Shown here piece after piece: positions 36,845 to 46,835 of a DNA stretch of 64,000 bases. Origin of the DNA: a virus; the IMG/VR virus record IMGVR_UViG_3300025809_002164, positions 1 through 64,000 of that record. One strand, written 5' to 3'. Positions within the stretch are counted from its first letter, which is position 1. Each line of letters begins with the position of its first letter. The notes beneath the pieces are model-generated. The model made no database searches, was not told the DNA's origin, and saw nothing but the letters and a program-made list of their open reading frames with translations. Both the position numbers and the translations under genes were made by a program.

Positions 36845-38134
36845 TTAAACAGGGTTGCCCCAGACTAATAATTTAGGCCTTTCAGGGAAGAAACTTTTGC
36901 CAAAAATAAATAAACCATCGTCTTTGTCGTCAGCTCCTCCAACTGGAACTGTAAAAGTTAAGTTTACGATTTTGTTATCAGATATAGAAGAAGAGAAGCC
37001 TTCGGATGTTAATATAGCTCCCTTTAAGTAGTAAGCCATATTTGTGGCATCTGGAATTAGTGTTCCTTCGCATTCAGAAATAGACCTACAGTCTTCGAGG
37101 CTTAATATTAAATTATGTTTCTTGCTTGAGCATAGTTGAGCAAACAAATTCTCTTCTTTTAAGTAAGATACTAAAGCTTGAACCTGAACCTCAATTGTTG
37201 CTGGAAAGTTTGGAACTCTTGCGAATTCATATTTTCCTCCTAGCCTCCTAATTTTCGTGTTACCTATTGGCATGTTGATAGTAAAGCCTTGTATATGTGC
37301 TCCCCCATTGGAGTACTCATTTAGGCCGCTCAGCTGCCTACTAAAGAAGCCTCCATCATCTAGGTCTATCTTTATGTCGCCAGGCCTTAGGCCTCCCACT
37401 CCGTCCTGTAGGACTATGTCCTCTAAACCGCTTAGAGTCTCATAAACAAAACTTTCATATGTGTCAGGTAAACTAAAGTTTACATTTGGGGTTCCGCAAT
37501 CTTCTACGGGGTTAATTGCTGGAATAGGAAGGTTGCAGGCTCCATAATATGACCTCATGTTAAAAGCTTCAAAGCTTATTCTGGCCTTAGGTATGGAACC
37601 CAACTCAGCAGTTACTGCGTATTGGCTAAGGAATGCATTACCTATACCTATAGTCCTACGTTTCTCTTCCTCGTAGGATAAGTTTGCATTAATTACATCT
37701 CTGCCTTCTGGGGCAACCCCTATGAAAAAGTTCTGACCCATTCTACCCTTCATTGTTAAATGGTGATACAAGGCTTGAGTTTCGCCATCAGTAATAAAGC
37801 CCATTACTTGCTCGTTATATCCATCAGCTAAAAAATACTCGAAATCTATAGTTACATCTGGAGAATCTACGGCAACCTTGGTTGTCCTTGCTATTCTACC
37901 AAATTCATTCGCGTCTTTAAATTGAAGGTTAAATCCGTAATTAATTGCTTGTACTCTATGTAACTGTCTCACTAGATTGCCCGAACAGTCTGTCCATCTT
38001 ATATTTCTTAAGTCACAGCTCGGGTCGTCGGCAGTATTGTCATTAAAATGATAGCCTGTTGCATTAAAACTAGTATATAGAAACTCGTTTCCGTAATTAA
38101 CTCTATTTCTTTTTTCGTACAGTGGGCTTATCAT
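36845..38134 (-). CDS. Putative tail-tube-like structural protein
   Basis: Beta-rich; RNRV.Y, LHRVQ..NYGF, DFEY.L.DG.NE, SSSI.DNK.V.LTF resemble jumbo-phage tube-like proteins (recalled, not searched). Confidence 0.4.
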   Translation of the reverse strand: MISPLYEKRNRVNYGNEFLYTSFNATGYHFNDNTADDPSCDLRNIRWTDCSGNLVRQLHRVQAINYGFNLQFKDANEFGRIARTTKVAVDSPDVTIDFEYFLADGYNEQVMGFITDGETQALYHHLTMKGRMGQNFFIGVAPEGRDVINANLSYEEEKRRTIGIGNAFLSQYAVTAELGSIPKARISFEAFNMRSYYGACNLPIPAINPVEDCGTPNVNFSLPDTYESFVYETLSGLEDIVLQDGVGGLRPGDIKIDLDDGGFFSRQLSGLNEYSNGGAHIQGFTINMPIGNTKIRRLGGKYEFARVPNFPATIEVQVQALVSYLKEENLFAQLCSSKKHNLILSLEDCRSISECEGTLIPDATNMAYYLKGAILTSEGFSSSISDNKIVNLTFTVPVGGADDKDDGLFIFGKSFFPERPKLLVWGNPV

Positions 38135-40520
38135 AACAAATAAAATCTTGATCTAGGTAATCTATGTTTACACTAGAGCTTTCATTATTGATAATAAATT
38201 TAGCTATAGCCACTTCCACTTCATTTTGCATAATTCGCCTAATAGGTCTGCCACCTAAGTCATAACGTATTGTCTCTTTAAGGATATGTTTTCTAGCTTT
38301 TGAGGTCATGTAACATTTGATTCCTTTTTTTGATAATTTGTTTTTAACTTGAGCTAATTCAATATTAATTATTTTAGTTAAATCTTTTTCGGAAAAGTTA
38401 TTAAATAATACTATGCCATCAAACCTATTAACTAATTCCGGACTTAATTTCCTTTTGGCTTCGTTGAATATGCGGTCTTGATTGGAATCTTTGCTATGTA
38501 GAAAACCAACAGAGCCTTTTTTATCAATTAGATCCGCGCCTAAGTTGCTAGTCAAAATAATAATAGTGTTCTTGAAAGACACCTCGTCTCCAGCATTGTC
38601 TGTAAGTCTACCTTCCTCTAAGATTTGAAGTAGAGATTGGAGTACTACTGGGTGGGCTTTTTCAACCTCATCAAAAAGTAATACTGAATGTGGATTCCTT
38701 TTAACTTTCTCAGTCAGAATGCCACCCTTCTCGTACCCTATGTATCCTGGCGACGAGCCAGACATTTTACTCACCGCAGTTGACTCGCTGAATTCACTCA
38801 TGTCAAAGTAGATTAATTTTGAGTCTGAGCCGAAATAATGTTTAGCTAAAGCTTTAGAGGTTAAGGTCTTCCCTACTCCTGTTTTCCCTAGAAATAGAAA
38901 ACTACCTATTGGTCTATGTGGATCTTTCAATCCGCACTGAGATTTGAACAATGAATTTGAGATTTTTGAAATAGCTTCGCTTTGACCTATGACAGATTTA
39001 TTCATTTTACTTTCCAAGCAGAGAAGTTTTTTAGAAGTAGTTTCATTTAAGGATTCTATTGGTATGTCTAGATTTTTAGAAATAATTTCTCTAATATCTT
39101 TTGAGCTTACAGTAGGTATGGCTCTATCTTCTGCCCATTTCTCCATAAGTTTTTTGTATGAATCAAATACTGAAGATTTAATTGAGTTGCTTATCTCATC
39201 ATTAGTTAAAACTTTTTCCATTTTTTTTGCCATGCTAGGCTTCTTGAACGATCTAATTTTAACTGCGGCTCCTGCCTGATCTATTAAATCTATAGCTTTG
39301 TCTGGAAGCTTTCTGTCATTTATGTACTTAACGGATAAGGCAATAGCCTCATTGATCGCAGAGTCTTCATATATGACAGAGTGGAACAGAGAGTAATCTT
39401 CTTTTAGGTTATCTAATATTTTTTTGCAAGTTTTTTCATCTGGCTCATCAAGTTTGATCATTTTGAACCTTCTTTTTAATGCTGAATCTTTCTCGAACGA
39501 TTTTTTATATTCTTCAAATGTGGTAGCCCCAATACAAGTGACTTGACCTTTAGATATATAAGGTTTGAGTATGTTCGCCGCATCCAAGGAACCTTCTGAG
39601 TTTCCAGCTCCAATTAGAGTGTGAATTTCATCAATAAATAAAATAATATTCTTATCTAGAATGACTGCATCTATGAAAGATTTTAATCTTTCTTCAAATT
39701 GCCCTCTATATTTAGTGCCAGCAATCATTGATGATAAATCAAGGGATATTATTTTTTTATTTAATAAATAATCATTGCACTTAAGGGAGACTATTTTGTT
39801 GGCTAAATTTTCAACCAAAGCTGTTTTACCTACTCCTGCATCGCCCACAATTAAAGCGCAAGATTTAATTTTTCTACACAGAGTTTCCTCTAGTTGAGAT
39901 ATATATTTATCTCCTCCAGATATGAAATCAAAATCTCCAGACCTAGCTTGATAGTTTAAATTTGAACTATAACTCTCTATGGCGTCTTTATCAGCTTCAT
40001 TATAGCTGGGTTGATGGGGAGAGTTGGAGCTAGAGAAGTTCATTCCAGGCATATTAATTTCTGGATTATATATAACATCATAAGTTAAAATCTCTTCCAG
40101 TAGAGCTAGAACTCCGTCTACGTTAATATCGCAAGCTAAGAAATAATCGATAATTGGAGATGTTATGTCTGAAAGCATTGCATACAAGATGTGCTCAACA
40201 CTTACATATGAATGATCTTTTTCTGCCGATAGTTGAGATGCGAACTCAAGACAAAATTGAGTATCTCTCCCTAAGGGTATACTTCCTTTAGACTTCTCGT
40301 TCTCTTGGGAGTTATAGTCTAAAGTTTTTACTACTAGGTCTGTAATTTTACTAAAATCCAACTCAAGCTTTTCCGCGAGAAAGGGTAGTAGAAATGTATC
40401 AACTTTTAGAAAAGATAGTAATATATGGTCTAGAGATACCTCGGTGTTCCCAAATTTTTGAGCAAGCGTTTTGGATAGTTGAAGTATTTCTTGGCACCTA
40501 GGAGTGTAGTTTGATGGCAT
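38103..40520 (-). CDS. clpC: ClpA/ClpC-family AAA+ unfoldase
   Basis: Clp N-repeats (HILL, EHIL), GDAGVGKT, GTKYRGQFEER, FIDEIH, GKTGVGKT, FDEVEKAH, ClpP-binding-like VGF loop. Confidence 0.9.
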   Translation of the reverse strand: MPSNYTPRCQEILQLSKTLAQKFGNTEVSLDHILLSFLKVDTFLLPFLAEKLELDFSKITDLVVKTLDYNSQENEKSKGSIPLGRDTQFCLEFASQLSAEKDHSYVSVEHILYAMLSDITSPIIDYFLACDINVDGVLALLEEILTYDVIYNPEINMPGMNFSSSNSPHQPSYNEADKDAIESYSSNLNYQARSGDFDFISGGDKYISQLEETLCRKIKSCALIVGDAGVGKTALVENLANKIVSLKCNDYLLNKKIISLDLSSMIAGTKYRGQFEERLKSFIDAVILDKNIILFIDEIHTLIGAGNSEGSLDAANILKPYISKGQVTCIGATTFEEYKKSFEKDSALKRRFKMIKLDEPDEKTCKKILDNLKEDYSLFHSVIYEDSAINEAIALSVKYINDRKLPDKAIDLIDQAGAAVKIRSFKKPSMAKKMEKVLTNDEISNSIKSSVFDSYKKLMEKWAEDRAIPTVSSKDIREIISKNLDIPIESLNETTSKKLLCLESKMNKSVIGQSEAISKISNSLFKSQCGLKDPHRPIGSFLFLGKTGVGKTLTSKALAKHYFGSDSKLIYFDMSEFSESTAVSKMSGSSPGYIGYEKGGILTEKVKRNPHSVLLFDEVEKAHPVVLQSLLQILEEGRLTDNAGDEVSFKNTIIILTSNLGADLIDKKGSVGFLHSKDSNQDRIFNEAKRKLSPELVNRFDGIVLFNNFSEKDLTKIINIELAQVKNKLSKKGIKCYMTSKARKHILKETIRYDLGGRPIRRIMQNEVEVAIAKFIINNESSSVNIDYLDQDFICYDKPTVRKKK

Positions 40521-40546
40521 ATTTTGTATGTCTTATATATAATACA

Positions 40547-43108
40547 CTATTTTATATCACCTAGCTTCATGAAAATCTTTTCGTCTATTATTGACATTGA
40601 GTCAACGAATAGAACATCTTCAGCCTTTCTGCCTACGATAACAACTATACTATCTTTAGCTGGAATTTCATTACCTTTGTCTAAGTATTCTGTGCAGGTT
40701 TTTTTTCTCTTAGAGTCAACCATGATTCCGGGGAGGCTGCCAACTTCGTCAGTTAATAAAACTTTTATATATTTATTTCCATTGCTACTAGTTTTTGAGA
40801 AAGAATCTTCTACTACCCCTATAAATTTACATTTGTCACCACTAGCCATTAATTTATAGTGCAGGCAGTCTTTAATTGAGTTGTCTTTATTGTCGAAAGC
40901 ATTCTTAAGTCTGCAAGAATAGCTGTAACCTAGAAGCTTTCTCTCAAAAAACCAGTTTGCAAATTTTTCATATTGCACATTCTGTTCATATATTTTTTTG
41001 TATTTATAATATTTTTCTTTAAATGTATTAAATCTTGACTCTTTCATGAGAGGCTTGCCATCCTCTGCTAGCATTGCATCTGATTTTGCAGCGTGTATTG
41101 ACTCAAGTATGTCGTAGTTGAATTTTTCGCCAAGCTGCATGAAGTTTCTCTTCTCCCTGTCAGTTAGCAAGTTGAATGCTTGAGCTTCTAAGGCAAGCCT
41201 AGGCCTACTTAATGAAGAGTCCTCGCTTAATGCTCCAGCTTGAATAATGGCTGAAAGTATACCTATGTTTAAACCTGCCTGTTTTGCGGATAGGAAAACG
41301 TCATACTTATTAGTGGTCTTAGAACCTCTAAATTCAGCTAAAGCTTTAAGGGATTTATCACTAACACCCTTAATGCTATTTAATCCGAATCTAATATTGT
41401 TCTTATCTATTGTAAAGTCAAAACTAGACTTAATTAAATTAGGTTGAAGTAAATTTATATTAAAATAAGAAAGCTCTCTGCTGATTTTAGATATTTCGTC
41501 TTGCTGATTAGGCTCAAACTCGGACATTTTAAGTAAGCTAAGGAAGAATTCTTTAGGGTGTTGAAACTTTAAGTAGGCAGTCCATGCTGCAAGTGTAGCA
41601 TAAGCTATTGAGTGCGACTTATTGAATGAATAATTTGCACTATCTTCGGCAACTTTCCATAGAATTTCTCCGACTTCTATAGGTAGATTGTTTTCTTTAA
41701 TTTTAGCATCTATCTTTTTTTGCCATTCTGCCATTTTTTCAACCTTTTTCTTTCCAACTATCCTCCTTAGTTGCTCTGACTCGTCAAGACTGAAGCCAAC
41801 TTTAACAGCCATTTTCATCAACTGCTCTTGGTATAGAGGTATACCTCCGGTATAATCAAGTACATCATCAAAGAAAGGATGTATGCTTTGGAAGTTAGAA
41901 GTCTTAACATACTCCGCATAACTATCAGCAAACTCTAAAGCTCCAGGCCTGGCGATAGCTATAACCGCGCTTAATTCTTCTATACTTTTAGGTTTAATTT
42001 TCTGGCAAACTCTAAAATTTGTCTCAGCTTCAATTTGAAATAACCCATGAGGGTTTTCTAAATTTTGTAGAGGTTTATATATTTCCACATCATTTAAATC
42101 TACATTATATATATCAATATCTAAAGTATCACAGACATCATAGATCACACTTAAAGTTCTTAATCCGAGAATATCGAATTTAACCATTAGTTCGGCGACC
42201 CAGTTCATGTCGTAACCAGTAATCAAGTTGCCCTCAGGAGTTCTTTGCATTGGGCAAATTTCAGACATTTCTCTATTTGATATAGCTATGCCGGATGGGT
42301 GTACTCCTGTATTTTTATTTAAGCCTTCTATTTTTTGAGCAATAGAAAAAACTTGAGGGTTGCTGTCGGCCCACTCCTGAAATTTAGAACTATCTGAATA
42401 GCAATCAGATAATGGTGCAACTTTTCCGTATTTCTTGGGCACACAAGAACTCAAATCATTAACCTCTTCCTCTGTAAATCCTCCTACAATTTTGCCGCAC
42501 TCCTTAATGCAAAGTTTACTGCTCAGTGTATTCAATGTTAATATGTTTGCAGTTCTTCCTGGATGTTTTTGCTCAATGTAATGTATTACTGTCTGCCTAT
42601 GCTCATAAGCTATATCGTTATCAACATCAGCTAGTAAGCTTCCATCTAGATATGTAATTCCGTTCTTATTTATTTTTCGAGCTCTACTTTTAGAAACGAA
42701 CCTCGCAAAAAATAACTCGTGCCTTATTGGGTCGACTTTAGTTACATCTATCAAGAAAAGAACCAAGCAGCCTGCAGCCGAACCTCTACCTGGGCCAGTC
42801 GGTATTTTATTCTCATGGCAGAAGTTAAGTATATCCCAATTTAATAATATATAATCTATGAAGCCTAGATCCTTCAAAATTGTAAGCTCTTCCTTTACTC
42901 TTTCGTAATATATTTTTTTATTTTTAAATTTATCTATACCTTTTCTTTTGACACCGTCCATGCATAACTTTCTTAGGAAATCAAAATTAGATACATCTTC
43001 GCTTAGATCTAGATTCTTGTAGTATTTAGGTAATATTTCAAGACTGGGAAGCAATACTCCCGGAGGGGCATACTCTTCGTATTGTGTGAATTGATTGAGA
43101 AAACTCAT
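40547..43108 (-). CDS. dnaE: DNA polymerase III alpha catalytic subunit lacking the PHP domain
   Basis: GPGRGSAAG, DVDND, GVHPSG, KFDILGL, YQEQ.M, YSFNKSH, OB fold; start MSFLNQ overlaps the upstream TGA. Confidence 0.92.
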   Translation of the reverse strand: MSFLNQFTQYEEYAPPGVLLPSLEILPKYYKNLDLSEDVSNFDFLRKLCMDGVKRKGIDKFKNKKIYYERVKEELTILKDLGFIDYILLNWDILNFCHENKIPTGPGRGSAAGCLVLFLIDVTKVDPIRHELFFARFVSKSRARKINKNGITYLDGSLLADVDNDIAYEHRQTVIHYIEQKHPGRTANILTLNTLSSKLCIKECGKIVGGFTEEEVNDLSSCVPKKYGKVAPLSDCYSDSSKFQEWADSNPQVFSIAQKIEGLNKNTGVHPSGIAISNREMSEICPMQRTPEGNLITGYDMNWVAELMVKFDILGLRTLSVIYDVCDTLDIDIYNVDLNDVEIYKPLQNLENPHGLFQIEAETNFRVCQKIKPKSIEELSAVIAIARPGALEFADSYAEYVKTSNFQSIHPFFDDVLDYTGGIPLYQEQLMKMAVKVGFSLDESEQLRRIVGKKKVEKMAEWQKKIDAKIKENNLPIEVGEILWKVAEDSANYSFNKSHSIAYATLAAWTAYLKFQHPKEFFLSLLKMSEFEPNQQDEISKISRELSYFNINLLQPNLIKSSFDFTIDKNNIRFGLNSIKGVSDKSLKALAEFRGSKTTNKYDVFLSAKQAGLNIGILSAIIQAGALSEDSSLSRPRLALEAQAFNLLTDREKRNFMQLGEKFNYDILESIHAAKSDAMLAEDGKPLMKESRFNTFKEKYYKYKKIYEQNVQYEKFANWFFERKLLGYSYSCRLKNAFDNKDNSIKDCLHYKLMASGDKCKFIGVVEDSFSKTSSNGNKYIKVLLTDEVGSLPGIMVDSKRKKTCTEYLDKGNEIPAKDSIVVIVGRKAEDVLFVDSMSIIDEKIFMKLGDIK

Positions 43109-43746
43109 ACCTCTACCTCCCATATCATTTTTTTAAAAACTTCATAGTTTTGCTCGATGTCATACAATGCATCGTGCAGTCGACTTTCATCTATACTAAT
43201 ATCGTAATCCTTGCATAAGTCCATAAGTTTCTTTTTTGATTTTCTGTCAATCATGTTGCATAATTTATACTGCCAGCTGAAAAAATCTGAATCTGTGCAT
43301 CTTTTGATGTCGTTCTTGATTGCCTTAGCTAAGCATAGGGTATCTATAGATCTATCTATGTATGAATAATCAGGGATCTTTCCTAGGCACCTTCGATATA
43401 TGCCGTGAATATAAATGTCGAACCCGAGTATGTTGTGCCCGACATTGATGTAAGACTTGTCGTATAAGAGTTTTTCAAAATCGTTAAGAGCTGATAAGGG
43501 GTCTCTAGCTTTATCTTTATACTCTTTTTCTGTCCAGCCTGTCATTTTTGCCGCTGTCTTGGACATTTTAAGATCGTCCCAATGCAGCCAGCAATCTTTC
43601 TTTAATGTGATCTCTCCATTCTCTATAGTCATGTAACCTAGTTGCCAAGGTTTATTATCTAGAGAGCCTAAATTTAGACAGCAAGTTTCAAAATCGAAAA
43701 ATAAATACTTTTGATTCTTGTTAAATCTTAATAAGTTTTCCTTCAT
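43105..43746 (-). CDS. DEDDh 3'-5' exonuclease (epsilon-like)
   Basis: FDFET, GHNILGFD, HDALYD. Confidence 0.88.
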   Translation of the reverse strand: MKENLLRFNKNQKYLFFDFETCCLNLGSLDNKPWQLGYMTIENGEITLKKDCWLHWDDLKMSKTAAKMTGWTEKEYKDKARDPLSALNDFEKLLYDKSYINVGHNILGFDIYIHGIYRRCLGKIPDYSYIDRSIDTLCLAKAIKNDIKRCTDSDFFSWQYKLCNMIDRKSKKKLMDLCKDYDISIDESRLHDALYDIEQNYEVFKKMIWEVEV

Positions 43747-43919
43747 TTGATTGATTTGCCTTCAAACGTTTTATTTAACTCCAAGAGTAAAGACTTTCTC
43801 TCTAAATTGTTAAGGTTATTATATTGTTTTTTAATCGCCTTCATGAATCTTCGCTGTTCGGCTACCCCCTCTTGAAAATTGATTGCTTTTTTAATTTTTA
43901 GTACAGTTTTTTTGTTCAT
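43743..43919 (-). CDS. Small basic protein (58 aa)
   Basis: Manual ORF MNKKTVLKIKKAINFQEGVAEQRRFMKAIKKQY...; ATGA overlap with exonuclease gene. Confidence 0.55.
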   Translation of the reverse strand: MNKKTVLKIKKAINFQEGVAEQRRFMKAIKKQYNNLNNLERKSLLLELNKTFEGKSIK

Positions 43920-43942
43920 ATATTTTATGTATTAATTGTTTC

Positions 43943-44683
43943 CTATTTATTATCTTCTAAGTAGCTTTCAAAACTAAAGCTATCGCTTGCAAGGTGGTCG
44001 AAATTTGGGACATCTAATGTCCTCTGCTTGAATTGTCTCGAACAGATACATTTATATGTTTGGTATGCATGAAAGTCTTCTTTGTCCTCATAATAAATGC
44101 TCTTAGCTGTCGAGTAATCATGCCCATTTGATGTGCAATAAGATTTTACTATAGACTGCATTCTTCTGTCAAAGGGTAACCCGTTGTTTTCGATTAAAAA
44201 ATGAGGAGAAAGGAAAGATAGATCTGGTATGCAACTGCAGAAATGCATTGTGTTCATGAACAAAAAAGAATCATAGAATGGGATAGACATGTTGAGGCTA
44301 TCTTCATCCCACAGGGACTTCAAGTGGGAGAAGTCTAGTAACCCGTCGTTTTCACAAAATGAGTGTGAGTATATACTATTAAGTAAGGAGCAGCCTTTGT
44401 CGTTTTTTGCAAAAATTATGACTTTGTGTGTGCATTTTGAGCTAGAATTAAGATCTGTGTGTGATGCTGAAATTCTTAAGCCAAAAATTAACTGAATACC
44501 TAAGTCTTTGGCACACTTTTGGGATTCAAGGAAGCCGATTAGTGAATCCTCTACCATTATAACTTGCTTCAGCTTATTTTTGGATGCGATTCCAAATACA
44601 CTGGCAACTTTAGATCCTTTTTGTTCCGATACTTTGAGTATACTTTTTCCTATAGAGTAATGACTTTTGAATAGAGCTAACAT
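43943..44683 (-). CDS. Stand-alone PHP domain of DnaE
   Basis: FKSHYSIGKSIL, VED...GF, LIFGLR, IIFAKN..G...L..IYS; TTGACT-17-TAATAT promoter at 44692-44720. Confidence 0.8.
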   Translation of the reverse strand: MLALFKSHYSIGKSILKVSEQKGSKVASVFGIASKNKLKQVIMVEDSLIGFLESQKCAKDLGIQLIFGLRISASHTDLNSSSKCTHKVIIFAKNDKGCSLLNSIYSHSFCENDGLLDFSHLKSLWDEDSLNMSIPFYDSFLFMNTMHFCSCIPDLSFLSPHFLIENNGLPFDRRMQSIVKSYCTSNGHDYSTAKSIYYEDKEDFHAYQTYKCICSRQFKQRTLDVPNFDHLASDSFSFESYLEDNK

Positions 44684-44721
44684 TGTTTAATATATTAGCA
44701 GAATTAAATTAAAAAGTCAAG

Positions 44722-45717
44722 CTATATTTGATATTTTTCTATGAAAGATTCTACAGGTTTACCTTCTCCTATGTGCATCTCCAGCTCTGATATTATTTTA
44801 CTCCTTAAGGCTAGCATATCTTTAGGCATATGTTGAGATTGAGACTCCCTTAAGCTTGCAGAGCCAGCTACAATTAAAAGTATTGCGAGAGGGTCAAACA
44901 CAAATATTAATATTAATATGACCATCCTGACTGCAGAGCTTGCTCCTATTTCTGGCCCCCCAAAGTCAGAGATTACCTCTGCTATATATTTAATTGGGCC
45001 TAACTCAGCATTAAGTTGGCTCAGTTGTAAGTTTAGTTTATTCTTTTCTGATTTAATTAATAAATAATCTTCTTCCAATTTTTCTAGTGCTGGAAATATG
45101 TTCAATTCTATATTGGATCGATATCCTTCCATTCTTTCTTGAATTTTAATTTTCTCTGAAGATATTTGAGATCTTTCGCTGACTTGCCCCTCTTGAGCTT
45201 GAGCTATGTTTTTAGAAGAAGAGAATCCACCTTTAGATCTTACCTCAGATATGATTAAATCTAAACTCTTTAATCTTTCATTCATTCTTTGTATGGAAAG
45301 GTAGTCTTCTGCTTTTAATTCTTCCGAGGTTTTTTTCTGAGATTGAAGGGATAGCTTCTTGTTGCTGGCTGATTCTAGCTTGCTGTCAAGCATTTCTATT
45401 TCAGACTCAATTGAATCTGAGCCGGACTCTTGCTCTATGTGTGACTTGCTTAAGAATCCAAAAATACCCATGCTTGTTATTAGGGATAATATTAAAACTG
45501 AAAAAGTTAAGTAAGACCTAATGGTAATTCCGCAAGACTTCCAATTCCTGTGAAGCCAGACAGCAGTAATTAACTTTCCTACCTCTAAAGATCCTCCCAT
45601 GACAACTATAGCCCAAAAAACTCCAGGAAATATCGTGGTAAGGCCTATTATGCTGAAATATGCAGCCACAGCAGCCAAAGTTAAGGCTGAACTCATAACT
45701 AGTAAAGGAAATATCAT
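44722..45717 (-). CDS. Membrane protein with long coiled coil
   Basis: Three N-terminal TM helices (AAYFSI.GL, LEVGKL, ITSMGIFGFLSK), coiled coil, GPIKYIA, IFVFDPLA. Confidence 0.7.
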   Translation of the reverse strand: MIFPLLVMSSALTLAAVAAYFSIIGLTTIFPGVFWAIVVMGGSLEVGKLITAVWLHRNWKSCGITIRSYLTFSVLILSLITSMGIFGFLSKSHIEQESGSDSIESEIEMLDSKLESASNKKLSLQSQKKTSEELKAEDYLSIQRMNERLKSLDLIISEVRSKGGFSSSKNIAQAQEGQVSERSQISSEKIKIQERMEGYRSNIELNIFPALEKLEEDYLLIKSEKNKLNLQLSQLNAELGPIKYIAEVISDFGGPEIGASSAVRMVILILIFVFDPLAILLIVAGSASLRESQSQHMPKDMLALRSKIISELEMHIGEGKPVESFIEKYQI

Positions 45718-45740
45718 AAGTGATATTACACTAAAAAAAT

Positions 45741-46835
45741 TTATCCGAACAAATCTTCGAACTGAGAGGTTTTAGGTTTTGACCAATGAGGGCAACCTGA
45801 ATATTTCATTAGTTCAATTGATTGATCTTTCTTTTTTTTAGACTCAAGAGTATGCTTATCCTCAGTAAAGCACGTTTTTAAAACTTTGCCGGAAGAATCT
45901 TTTAAGGCATAATAAGAAAAAGGTTTCCTGTAGGAGCATATAAATGCAGGTATAGGATCTCCTTTCGAATCTAGTACATTTTGACCTTTACTAATCTTGA
46001 AGCCGTCTTTACCGCAAGCTAAAGGGCCTCCAAATGTACCGTCTGATGGGTAGGGTTGGTTTGCTGCAAAATTAGATAGACCTTTTTCTTCGTCAAAAGT
46101 ATCTATGTAACTTTGTATTTCGGTGAGTTCATGCTCGAGCCCTAAGAGCTCTTCGTCTGTGACCATATCCATAGATACAATTCCGTTTCCTTTGTATCCA
46201 AACATATCCTTGTCTAGTTTAAATTTAAGAAATATAAACTCGCTCTCTCTTGTTTTAAATTCTGGGTACAAATGTTTTACAGCTAAAGAATACATTAAGT
46301 GTTGCAAGTTGTCTGTTATTTCCTTGCCTTTGAATACTTGTTTACTGCTCTTAAAGTCTCTAATCAATGCAAAAGACTCACCTTTATATAGGAATAGTTT
46401 ATCTATGAATCCTTTAATTCTATAAGATAAATTTCCGTTGTTGACCACAATGTCGAAATCTTTTTCAGATATAGACTCATCAGGCTTATCTAAATCTTTA
46501 CCGAAGAAGTCGTAGTGCAATCCATTTATAGTCATCTTATCTATCAATTCTAAATTATCCGAATCGTCTACATTAAGCTTTTTCGCATAGTGCATTATTA
46601 TTTTACTAATCGCGGGACATTTAAACACAGAATTACCTTCAATCATTCTGTCGTAGTTTTTCTTATGCCTAGGTTCTCCCATTAGCTCAAAAATTAAGTG
46701 ACATATCCATCCCCTGCTAGCTCCATCGTTCGATTTATCTGGAAGCTTTAATTTATAATTGCACCAATACTTCCAGGAGCACTGTTGTAATGTTTTTATT
46801 CTACTTGCTGATAGTGCTGATTCGTGCTTATTCAT
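45741..46835 (-). CDS. PD-(D/E)xK exonuclease, Cas4/AddB-like
   Basis: LSASRIK...C, GFIDKL, DFKSSK, Y.LA, C-terminal cysteines. Confidence 0.8.
   Translation of the reverse strand: MNKHESALSASRIKTLQQCSWKYWCNYKLKLPDKSNDGASRGWICHLIFELMGEPRHKKNYDRMIEGNSVFKCPAISKIIMHYAKKLNVDDSDNLELIDKMTINGLHYDFFGKDLDKPDESISEKDFDIVVNNGNLSYRIKGFIDKLFLYKGESFALIRDFKSSKQVFKGKEITDNLQHLMYSLAVKHLYPEFKTRESEFIFLKFKLDKDMFGYKGNGIVSMDMVTDEELLGLEHELTEIQSYIDTFDEEKGLSNFAANQPYPSDGTFGGPLACGKDGFKISKGQNVLDSKGDPIPAFICSYRKPFSYYALKDSSGKVLKTCFTEDKHTLESKKKKDQSIELMKYSGCPHWSKPKTSQFEDLFG

Noticed and set aside
40547-44683. Split intein in DnaE
   Set aside because: No C/S-start or HN-C intein terminal motifs at the fragment ends; the split follows a domain boundary
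45741-46835. Cas4-like gene as part of a CRISPR-Cas system
   Set aside because: No cas1/cas2 or array seen; it sits in the primase-helicase operon, as is usual for phage exonucleases
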